From a virus (taxonomy: Duplodnaviria; Caudoviricetes): 64,000 nucleotides of DNA. Below the pieces are notes generated by a model, which made no database searches, was not told where the DNA came from, and saw nothing but the letters and a program-made list of their open reading frames with translations. The position numbers and the translations under genes were made by a program. The stretch covers positions 1 through 64,000 of the IMG/VR virus record IMGVR_UViG_3300032300_000824; one strand, 5' to 3'. Below are positions 56,456-64,000 of the stretch, piece after piece; the stretch's first letter is position 1; each line of letters starts with the position of its first letter.

Positions 56456-57609
56456 TTTATCTCCGATATTTTAGGAACAAGTGTATTTCTAATGTCTTCT
56501 ATACTCAACTCTCCAACATCTGGTCCTTCAAATGAGGGAGAATATATTCTATAGATTTTTTTACATTTTTCAGTAATTTGCTTGATAGCCTTTTGGCCAG
56601 CGTCATCATTATCCATCAGAAGTATAATATTCATAGCTCCTGAAGAATCAATTAGTAGTTTTTGTTTATCACTCAAAGAAGATCCAAAGATAGCTACGCT
56701 ATTATGAATTCCTGCTTCCTCTAGTCTCCATACATTCCCAGGACTTTCTACTAATATAATGGTTCTGCTTTTTTGAACATGATCTTTAGCAAACCAGAAG
56801 TTGTAAAGATGCTCTTGGGACTTGAATCCATAATTATGCTTCCATTTACAATATTTCCAAACATCCTCTTTGTCTGGACATTCTGAGGTTGACGTATGAT
56901 AATGTCCGCATTTTAAGCAAGCACTAAAGACACTTCTTCCAGTGCAACCAACTATAACTTTACCGTCTATCGAATAGATTGGTACAACAATCCTGTTGTG
57001 CATCTCTTTGTTTGGATTGTCGCATAATCCTACGTCATACTTATTAAGTATTTCTTTAGTATATCCTCTTTCCAAGTAATACTCAGACGGTATCTGTAGA
57101 GATTCTCTTACCTGGGCTTTTGTAATTTTAGATAAAGGACTAGTATTTTGGGTTTGCTTTACGTTTTCTACAATCCTAGCAAATGTATTCTTTTCTGCAT
57201 CGGCTCTTGATATCTTGATATCCTTGATATTTTTATTTAGCAGGGATAGGCAGAAATCTACTGCCTCTTGAAAAGAAGCTGTTTCGTCACCCTCTCTGTT
57301 CCATCTGTATTTAGTTTTTGATAATACTCCTCTGACAAATCCTATGATAGAGCTTTTAAAAGTGCTGTCACAATTATGTGTACGACATCTCCAATTACCT
57401 CTATAATAGTCTCCAGTATGATAAATATTAACGGCGGATGGATTATCTCCTCCATGAATAGGACATGACATGGTTATCATTTTGTTTGACATCTTAAACT
57501 CTTCAATGTCTAATGCATCAAGGAGGTCTTCGATATTGTCACAAACTTGATCACAAACAACCTTAAGTTTATTTTGATCATACGAACGGGATTTCATTGG
57601 TGTTTTCAT
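56452..57609 (-). CDS. dnaG: DNA primase (CHC2 Zn finger + TOPRIM)
   Basis: CPIHGGDNPSA..WRCRTHNC; RIVVPI..GCTGR; LVESPG; LMDNDDAG. Confidence 0.88.
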   Translation of the reverse strand: MKTPMKSRSYDQNKLKVVCDQVCDNIEDLLDALDIEEFKMSNKMITMSCPIHGGDNPSAVNIYHTGDYYRGNWRCRTHNCDSTFKSSIIGFVRGVLSKTKYRWNREGDETASFQEAVDFCLSLLNKNIKDIKISRADAEKNTFARIVENVKQTQNTSPLSKITKAQVRESLQIPSEYYLERGYTKEILNKYDVGLCDNPNKEMHNRIVVPIYSIDGKVIVGCTGRSVFSACLKCGHYHTSTSECPDKEDVWKYCKWKHNYGFKSQEHLYNFWFAKDHVQKSRTIILVESPGNVWRLEEAGIHNSVAIFGSSLSDKQKLLIDSSGAMNIILLMDNDDAGQKAIKQITEKCKKIYRIYSPSFEGPDVGELSIEDIRNTLVPKISEIK

Positions 57610-59035
57610 TTTCTGTATCTACAATAAAGCCATCTTTAGTTTTGCTTGTTGAGTTGTTAATTTCCAATTTTGTTTTACCTTCTGTGATCTTAGCACACCA
57701 TCCCTTCATGTGACAATTTATATAGTCATTGTCATCTAATCCTCCTCCGTGTCTACTGATTAATGGAACTAGTTTTCTGTTTCCACTATTTGGGCCATCC
57801 TCTGCAATTTCTTCATCAGATTTTCTTTTGAAGATAGTGAAGTTACTACACAACCAAATGATTCTGTCTGAACCAGAAGCTGTGTCTGTTGATTCTTTCG
57901 TGATACCGTCCCTGTTCAACTGGATAAATGCCACGATAGGTACTTTATACCTGACGGCAAAATTATGTAAACTGGTCATCATAAAGCCAAGTACTTGGTA
58001 TTCCTTCATATCCTGAGACATTCCAGCAGAGTCCATTAGCTTCAGATAGTCATAAAATATTACGCATTCCTTTGCTGTTCCGTCATTATTTAACCCAACT
58101 TCTTTAACCAACCACCGTCTCATAATAGCTAACTGATCTTCAAATGCTTTTCCAGCTATGCTTTTATGATATAGATTTGATTTCTTTAGGGTCTCAACAG
58201 CCTTACCTATCTTCGACTTCATCTCTGGAGATTCTGCAAACTTTCCTGTTTCGATAGCGTTGATTTCTATTTCAGTCATCATAGCAAGTAATCTATGAAT
58301 ATGATCTTCTTTATTCATTTCAGTATCCATATTCAATACAGGAATACCCTTTTCTGCTATATTACGACCCATATTATCAGACAATAGAGTTTTACCAGTC
58401 TTGGGTCTTGCTGCTATAACATTAACAGTTCCTTTTCTGAGACCTCCACCAATCGCCTGATCATATATTGGAAATCCTGTTGGAATACCAACTTGATCTA
58501 TCTTATGTAGTTCCAGATCGGCCACATATTCTTCTAGTGTAGATCCTATCTTTTCTGGTCCTCCATCACTATCCGTTAATAATGACGTGAAATTAAAGAT
58601 ACTATCTTCTGCAATTCCTATTATAGAAGAGATTGGTTCATTACCGGTAACATCTAGAATTTTCTCTTGAGTGGTCTCAAGCTGTTTTCTTAATAGTCTG
58701 GCTATTTCTAGTTTACGGATTTTAGCCGCAAATTTTCTAACATTATCCAAACTTACAGGAAAATCTATAACAGCTTTAAGGTGCTGTGTTTCTTCTTTCT
58801 TGCTCAAGATAGTAGAAAGGCCAAGCTCTTGAGCAACAGAGTAGATAGAGGCTATATCTATAGTTGAATTGGCGTTTTCGCATATTGTTTTTAAACACTT
58901 AAAGATGATACTATTACTATCAATAGTAAAAGATGTCTCCTGAACAATATCTGCAACGTCAAGATAAGCATCCTGACCATATGTACAAATACCTGCGAGT
59001 ACCGCTCTTTCTGCGGCTGGATCAGCTAAAATCAC
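57578..59035 (-). CDS. dnaB: Replicative DNA helicase (DnaB-like)
   Basis: AERAVLAG, GIPTGF, ARPKTGKT, DTEM, FYDYL, QLNR; GTG start. Confidence 0.9.
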   Translation of the reverse strand: MILADPAAERAVLAGICTYGQDAYLDVADIVQETSFTIDSNSIIFKCLKTICENANSTIDIASIYSVAQELGLSTILSKKEETQHLKAVIDFPVSLDNVRKFAAKIRKLEIARLLRKQLETTQEKILDVTGNEPISSIIGIAEDSIFNFTSLLTDSDGGPEKIGSTLEEYVADLELHKIDQVGIPTGFPIYDQAIGGGLRKGTVNVIAARPKTGKTLLSDNMGRNIAEKGIPVLNMDTEMNKEDHIHRLLAMMTEIEINAIETGKFAESPEMKSKIGKAVETLKKSNLYHKSIAGKAFEDQLAIMRRWLVKEVGLNNDGTAKECVIFYDYLKLMDSAGMSQDMKEYQVLGFMMTSLHNFAVRYKVPIVAFIQLNRDGITKESTDTASGSDRIIWLCSNFTIFKRKSDEEIAEDGPNSGNRKLVPLISRHGGGLDDNDYINCHMKGWCAKITEGKTKLEINNSTSKTKDGFIVDTENENTNEIPFV

Positions 59036-59039
59036 TATT

Positions 59040-59525
59040 TCACCCCTTTGAGGACATTACTTTTATTTTTTGAATTGAGAGTAGGATATCTGATAGATTT
59101 TTTATATTACCAGCCAGATATTGTAGTCTATCACTTCTTTGTTTGGCATACTTTTTGATTTTATTCAGAGAGGCTGCCTTATCATTGTTCTTGATTGCTT
59201 GAAGAGATTTCTCAATATAACCATATCCTTTATAGTTATTAACCTCATCAGCAATAACATCTTTTATCGTCTCCTCTGACCAATTTACTCTGGCTATTTC
59301 TCTATTCAGAGTTCTTTGAACATGAAAAGAGAACTGTCCTAGTCTGTATGCAATTTGTGCACAATCTTCTGGGGTTAATCTTTCAAGATCATCCCTGTTC
59401 ATTACAAGATATTGTTGAAGTTCAGCTTCGGGAAAAAGATCTGACTTATATTTTTCGAATCCAATAGTTTGTTCATATTCATCTAAAATAGAGTCCCACG
59501 ACTCAACCTGTTCTTTCGTATTCAT
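59040..59525 (-). CDS. Helical hypothetical protein, possibly a UvsY-like recombination mediator
   Basis: 161 aa, long amphipathic helices, between recA and dnaB; function inferred from size and context only. Confidence 0.4.
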   Translation of the reverse strand: MNTKEQVESWDSILDEYEQTIGFEKYKSDLFPEAELQQYLVMNRDDLERLTPEDCAQIAYRLGQFSFHVQRTLNREIARVNWSEETIKDVIADEVNNYKGYGYIEKSLQAIKNNDKAASLNKIKKYAKQRSDRLQYLAGNIKNLSDILLSIQKIKVMSSKG

Positions 59526-59925
59526 TAGTTATCCTTTGAGACCATTGTTCAGCAGTTTCGTTGAATGGTAGTTCTATGTAAATAATGTCGTTAAGATGAC
59601 ACCACTCGATTTTTTCTCTATCTCTCTTTTTTTGTTTAATAAAACCAAACTTATTAGAATGGTAATGTCCAACAAATTTATAATGCTGTTCTCCATGAAC
59701 CTCTATACAAAATTTGAGTAAGGGAAGGTAAAAATCTAAGAACAGCGTTTCTGACTTTCGTAGTATGATAGGAACTTCTTCCAGTGCTACCAAGGTGGGA
59801 AACAAGTTTTTGATAACCGTTCTGGCCTGTATGTGTAATGATGACTTATTCATCATCTTACTATGGGCCATGTTTCCACCAAGTAGCCAATTATGAGAAT
59901 TGCCGTCTAGGTCTTTGATCAGCAT
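59503..59925 (-). CDS. DUF559/Vsr-like PD-(D/E)XK endonuclease
   Basis: LEEV..LFLDFYLP..IEVHGEQHY..RDREKIEWC. Confidence 0.75.
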   Translation of the reverse strand: MLIKDLDGNSHNWLLGGNMAHSKMMNKSSLHIQARTVIKNLFPTLVALEEVPIILRKSETLFLDFYLPLLKFCIEVHGEQHYKFVGHYHSNKFGFIKQKKRDREKIEWCHLNDIIYIELPFNETAEQWSQRITNEYERTG

Positions 59926-60932
59926 TTGATTCCCATCATATTTTTAACCTCTGCATATAGTTTCTCATAAGAGTCTGTATGCTCTAACAGATAGTTTCTG
60001 ACCTTTTCCATACCTTGAAACTTTGGCTTCTCTTCAATAAAGTCTAATGTATACCAAGCACCACCCTTATTAATTAAGCCCATATCCGATGCTAGTACAA
60101 CCAGTTCTGTACACTTATCGATCCCTTGACCATATCGAAGGTATGAGGTTATGGTTCCTCCCGGAGGCCCAAGAGCGGAACACATCACTTGCCACTCAAT
60201 TTCTTGTCCTATTTGCGTACTGTCTGCGCTGAGAACCCACGGTTTAAAAGTTTTGGCTCTTAGCTTGATGTCTGTTTGATAGGCTATAGCCTGACCAGAT
60301 TTTTCTTTAAATTCTGCTCCATAACCAGTAGGATTACCCATAAGATGAGTAATACCTATTACTATGTTTTTATTAACTGGAATAACATTAGCAACTTTAC
60401 GACAAAACTTAGCCAATAACTTAGCTCCGTCTGCTCGTTGCATTTTATCCATTTCACTAGTAATTTCTGCTTCGGTACACAATGCCGAATATGAGTCTAT
60501 AATTAAAACACACCCTGGTTCTTCATTAATAATTCTTTCAGCAATTTGTAAGTATTCTTCTGCATGTAGGATCTTACCTTGTTGAGAACCAATAACATCA
60601 AATCTAGCAAGGTCTAAACCAGGTATTCCTTCTAGATCTCTTTTTTTCAATCTACCTTCAATGTTTAGGTAATACACATGTCTTGGTTTTTTAAGATCTC
60701 CCTTATATTCTTCCTTTTGGGCCGTAGCACAGAAAGATAGTGATGTTGTGGTTTTTCCACACTTTGGTTGTCCTGTTAAAACAACAAAACTTCCTTCTGG
60801 TATACCCCCATTTAAAATCATGTCTAGAGCAGGACTAACTGGGATAATAACTGAATCTCTATCTACTACAGAGTTTCCAGAAAGAATAATATCCGATCCG
60901 AAATCTTTAATAACGCCCTCTTTAAGTCCCAT
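59919..60932 (-). CDS. recA: RecA/UvsX-like recombinase
   Basis: ALDMILNGGIPEG, GQPKCGKTT, LIIDS, SGQAIAY, GLINKGGAWY, KFQG. Confidence 0.9.
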   Translation of the reverse strand: MGLKEGVIKDFGSDIILSGNSVVDRDSVIIPVSPALDMILNGGIPEGSFVVLTGQPKCGKTTTSLSFCATAQKEEYKGDLKKPRHVYYLNIEGRLKKRDLEGIPGLDLARFDVIGSQQGKILHAEEYLQIAERIINEEPGCVLIIDSYSALCTEAEITSEMDKMQRADGAKLLAKFCRKVANVIPVNKNIVIGITHLMGNPTGYGAEFKEKSGQAIAYQTDIKLRAKTFKPWVLSADSTQIGQEIEWQVMCSALGPPGGTITSYLRYGQGIDKCTELVVLASDMGLINKGGAWYTLDFIEEKPKFQGMEKVRNYLLEHTDSYEKLYAEVKNMMGIKC

Positions 60933-61341
60933 TATCTATATCCTCCAATTTTGATAAAATATTTTTAGGATTGTTTCCAGATTGTCTGTGTGAAACATTT
61001 TCTTTACGCTCTAGGCTTTTAGTGAGAGCATTGTTTTCTTTTGATACGATCTCTGCCTCTTGCTCAATAATAGGCAATAGATGAGGCGCTCGCAAGGAAT
61101 AGATTCTTTCCGTCTTAGGATTCTTTAATGCTCTGATAACAGCCTTATCACCATACTTGCTAATTAGCTTATTTGCTGTTGCGATTTGGTTTCTAAAAAA
61201 TGATGACCACTTTTTATTTGTCCAGAATCTATGATGAAGATCTTCCTTGTCGATTTTAGCTTTCTTTTCGCATATCATTTCGGTAATATACTGAGAAGCT
61301 GAAACAAACTTTTCATTCGAATATCTTGATGGATATTTCAT
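60922..61341 (-). CDS. Hypothetical protein
   Basis: 139 aa, ATGA-coupled to the upstream gene and overlapping the recA start. Confidence 0.7.
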   Translation of the reverse strand: MKYPSRYSNEKFVSASQYITEMICEKKAKIDKEDLHHRFWTNKKWSSFFRNQIATANKLISKYGDKAVIRALKNPKTERIYSLRAPHLLPIIEQEAEIVSKENNALTKSLERKENVSHRQSGNNPKNILSKLEDIDNGT

Positions 61342-61691
61342 TCTTTTTTATCTAGAATTTCTTTTCCGGCTTTGGCTATGGACGTTTGTAGGTGAGTATC
61401 GAACAACTCTATGAACTTATCATAGTTCTCTTTGGCAGGCAGAGGTATGTAGTAATTTTTTTCAACAACCTTCGATGTCTTTACGCTTTGACCCTTTTCG
61501 TTCACAGACAAAACTTGAAAAGCAACCTTTACTAATATTTCATGTTGGTAATCGGTATGCTTCTCTTCTGACTCAAAGAGTTCTCCATAGACACCTCTAA
61601 AATATGTTTCTTTATCTAGTGTTTTATTTTCTATGAATTTAGCTATTATTTCTTCAATTTCTTTTTGCTCATCTATATTTTCTTCTGACAT
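61338..61691 (-). CDS. Hypothetical protein
   Basis: Start moved to ATG 61691 (MSEENID, AGGA RBS). Confidence 0.65.
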   Translation of the reverse strand: MSEENIDEQKEIEEIIAKFIENKTLDKETYFRGVYGELFESEEKHTDYQHEILVKVAFQVLSVNEKGQSVKTSKVVEKNYYIPLPAKENYDKFIELFDTHLQTSIAKAGKEILDKKE

Positions 61692-61695
61692 AACT

Positions 61696-62085
61696 TTATC
61701 CTGCTGAGGTTGAACAATTATTACACTTATATCTTTCCGTAGAATCAACTACATTTTCACTTATTTCTTCTGTTTTACCGCACACCCTACATTTTACTTT
61801 TACAAAATTTACAGGTCTATTCCTGAGTGACGGAGGATATTTTTGTAGTTTTTTATCTATTAAGCAATCCTCTTTATGCATATTAGCTTCTGGCATATCT
61901 AAGAATTTATTTTCTCTAGCAGATCTAGTGTTAAGTTTTCTACTATTGTTTTTTATGGGATCAGATTTTTTCTTTTTACTATCTACTAGTTCCTCTTCTG
62001 TTTCGTCCTCTGGAAGTAAAGACGAAAGAAGAGAAATTAGCTGCTTTAACTTTTCTGGATCTTCTTGCAGTTTAGCCAAGTCCAT
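61696..62085 (-). CDS. Hypothetical protein with C-terminal Zn ribbon
   Basis: CRVCG...YKCNNC. Confidence 0.7.
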   Translation of the reverse strand: MDLAKLQEDPEKLKQLISLLSSLLPEDETEEELVDSKKKKSDPIKNNSRKLNTRSARENKFLDMPEANMHKEDCLIDKKLQKYPPSLRNRPVNFVKVKCRVCGKTEEISENVVDSTERYKCNNCSTSAG

Positions 62086-62087
62086 AA

Positions 62088-62468
62088 TTATTTACCCTTG
62101 TTCTTGTTTTTACTTTCGCTAGGAATAAAAATACCATCTTTCATCCAACGGTTTTGTTCTACTTTAGGTGAAGATGCTGTATTCTTTCTTGCGTCATTAT
62201 ATTCTGAAGCTTCTCTGGTCATAATTGAAACAGTTTTACTCTGTTTGCCCATAGTAGTGTTGATCATCATATTTTTAGACTTACTTACTGCTGGCTCTTG
62301 AGTTGTCTTAATAGAAGACCCATCTTTGTTTACACTATTGTTTTTTTCTAAAATCTTCTTAACCTGATCACTACTAAGCTTAAGTTCTTCAGATATTTCA
62401 TCTGGAGTTTTACCTTCTTGTGATAACCATTTAACAGCGTAGGTTTGAACCTTACTGATTCTTGCCAT
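62088..62468 (-). CDS. Helix-turn-helix protein
   Basis: WLSQEGKTPDEISEELKLSSDQVKKIL; start moved to ATG 62468 (TAATG overlap). Confidence 0.65.
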   Translation of the reverse strand: MARISKVQTYAVKWLSQEGKTPDEISEELKLSSDQVKKILEKNNSVNKDGSSIKTTQEPAVSKSKNMMINTTMGKQSKTVSIMTREASEYNDARKNTASSPKVEQNRWMKDGIFIPSESKNKNKGK

Positions 62469-62884
62469 TATATCATCTCTCTTTCTGCATTGTTTAACCA
62501 TGCTAAATTTTTAGTTCTAAGATAACTAAGATACAAATTGAATACTTTACCGTTAACGTCTTTAAATTTACTGCCGTCTTTACAAACTTTGTTTACAAAT
62601 TTATTTTGTTGATTATCTTCGTATACAGATAGCGGATTATAAATTTTTCCTCTTTGATCTAGTCTGATAAAGTATCTTGTGGTCTTACTACTGTTGATAG
62701 TAATTTTTTTTGCACACACTGCTGGCCCATCTTTTTTTAGACACGGATTTAGTTCAGAATCCTTAAAGTCCTCATTACCACTAAGAGTAAAATAACTTTC
62801 AGTCCTTATTTCTTCTGAAACATTCTTGTCTAAGGGTTTTTGGAAAATACAACTACTGTCTAAAACTTCTAATCTTTTGTCCAT
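62468..62884 (-). CDS. Hypothetical protein, paralogue of 63222..63629
   Basis: YFTLSGNEDF...YNPL...VCK...VN..VF..YL.YLRTKN.AWL.NAERE. Confidence 0.7.
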   Translation of the reverse strand: MDKRLEVLDSSCIFQKPLDKNVSEEIRTESYFTLSGNEDFKDSELNPCLKKDGPAVCAKKITINSSKTTRYFIRLDQRGKIYNPLSVYEDNQQNKFVNKVCKDGSKFKDVNGKVFNLYLSYLRTKNLAWLNNAEREMI

Positions 62885-63222
62885 TTAGTTTTTCCTTTAG
62901 TTTTTTTCATTCTTGTCATACCGGAAGGTAGTTCTTTTTGAGATGTTTGTTCTTTGTATTCATTATGTTTCTTATACAAAGCTATCTTTTGGTCGTCGCT
63001 AAATTTTTCATTATTCCTATTTGCTAGATGTCCGATAGTTTTTAGTTCACTATCTGCTAATCTGACAGAAGTATTTAGTGTCAAAAGATCTTCAACATAA
63101 CATCTTTCGGTATTCTTACTTTTACAGAATTCACAAGAAGTTTTTTCTTTATAGTTGGCTATAGAACAAACTACCTCAAATTTTTTAGAGCAGCTATTAC
63201 AAAGGTATGTGTAGCAAGGCAT
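62869..63222 (-). CDS. FmdB-family Zn-ribbon protein
   Basis: MPCYTYLCNSCSKKFE...CEFC. Confidence 0.8.
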   Translation of the reverse strand: MPCYTYLCNSCSKKFEVVCSIANYKEKTSCEFCKSKNTERCYVEDLLTLNTSVRLADSELKTIGHLANRNNEKFSDDQKIALYKKHNEYKEQTSQKELPSGMTRMKKTKGKTKWTKD

Positions 63223-63629
63223 TACTTGATTTCCCTTTGAGCATCAGTTAACCATTTGATGTTTTGAGTTCTTAAAAAATTAATGTATTTATCAAAAATT
63301 GTTTTATTGACCTGTATGAATAGTTCTTTGTTTTTGCACACAGAGTCTATGAAGTTTGTTTTCTTGATTGGTTGAGCAAAAGTTTTGATCGGATTTACTA
63401 GGATTCTATTAGGAGACGCTTTGACATAATAAGAATATTGTACAGCCTCAACGTCTAGAGTATTCGTCTTAAAAGCTTTTGGGAGTTTATTTTTTACTGC
63501 TTTTGCATATACAATATTGTCTAAATTAGATCTTACTGGATTTCCATCAGGATCTAAAAAATCTTCATGTCCAGACAAAGTGTAGTAAACAGATTGAACA
63601 GCATCATCTTTAATTTTATGAATATTCAT
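63222..63629 (-). CDS. Hypothetical protein, paralogue of 62468..62884
   Basis: YYTLSGHEDF...VNPI...VCK...VN..IF..YI.FLRTQN.KWL.DAQRE; start moved to ATG 63629 (ATGA overlap). Confidence 0.7.
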   Translation of the reverse strand: MNIHKIKDDAVQSVYYTLSGHEDFLDPDGNPVRSNLDNIVYAKAVKNKLPKAFKTNTLDVEAVQYSYYVKASPNRILVNPIKTFAQPIKKTNFIDSVCKNKELFIQVNKTIFDKYINFLRTQNIKWLTDAQREIK

Positions 63630-64000
63630 GATATATAAGACGGGGGTAAGTAATCCATCCACTGAGGAGGTATCTCATCCTTTATCTTAGAGAGGTAGGT
63701 CTTTAGAGGCAAGTACTTTACGCTTTTAGCGGGTTTATAAGGAAAATTAATCAATGGCATGTTGGCTTGTTTAGGAGTCTTATTTCCCTTTTTTCTATTA
63801 CAATCAAGACAAGCCGTGACTATATTTGTCCAGTTTGTAGGACTTCCATTTTTAGAATAATCCCATTGAGACTTTGGAATAACATGATCATAAGTTAATT
63901 GAGACAAGTCCTTATTGATTGCACAATATTGACAAATATGATTATCTCTGATAAATAGATTTTTTCTAGAAAAATTAACAGATGCGTTATTTTGTTTTCT
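63626..64000 (-). CDS. HNH endonuclease (McrA-like), 5'-truncated by window edge
   Basis: Frame open to base 64000: FSRKNLFIRDNHICQYC...TYDHVIPKS...WTNIVTACLDCNRKKG. Confidence 0.9.
   Translation of the reverse strand, partial: RKQNNASVNFSRKNLFIRDNHICQYCAINKDLSQLTYDHVIPKSQWDYSKNGSPTNWTNIVTACLDCNRKKGNKTPKQANMPLINFPYKPAKSVKYLPLKTYLSKIKDEIPPQWMDYLPPSYIS

Noticed and set aside
41843-62301. Short plus-strand and alternative-frame ORFs within the replication arm (e.g. 41843..42127, 50041..50376, 51631..52071, 57729..58016)
   Set aside because: Fully overlap well-supported minus-strand genes and show no recognisable motifs.
1-64000. Cellular (bacterial) origin of the contig
   Set aside because: Divergent replication genes packed with small unknown ORFs, a T4-type dNMP kinase, giant structural-type genes without signal peptides and no housekeeping genes fit a large phage better. 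No capsid or terminase gene is in the window, so this remains an inference.

Overview
AT-rich, gene-dense segment of a large tailed dsDNA phage (jumbo-phage-like; host not determinable from this window). It has two convergent arms that meet with no gap at 41870/41871. Plus strand (1-41870) is a virion-structural arm. It encodes very large mosaic adhesin/decoration-like proteins built from lectin-like domains (LamG, DUF642-like, LecA-like, FGE/C-type-lectin-like), beta-propellers (BNR/Asp-box, YVTN, RCC1) and an unrecognised Cys-bracketed ~95-aa module, joined by mucin-like Thr/Pro/Ser linkers. It also encodes a trypsin-like serine protease, two tandem tail/baseplate-like paralogues, a probable hub protein and a 2279-aa protein with a glycine zipper. 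Minus strand (41871-64000) is a replication/recombination arm: HNH, FmdB-type Zn ribbon, RecA, DUF559-like nucleases, DnaB, DnaG, dNMP kinase, Cas4/AddB-like nuclease, an intein-free split DnaE with a DnaQ gene between its halves, SSB with its own sigma70 promoter and terminator, and a Rad52-like protein. It also carries a cluster of one intact GT4 glycosyltransferase followed by seven sugar-enzyme-like proteins that appear catalytically degenerate. Best candidates for new biology: the GT4 plus pseudoenzyme array (possibly acting on the mucin-like virion proteins, or on DNA), the intein-free two-piece DnaE, and circularly permuted FGE-type domains. All family calls come from motif recognition by eye; no searches were run. 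No tRNA, rRNA or CRISPR array was seen.
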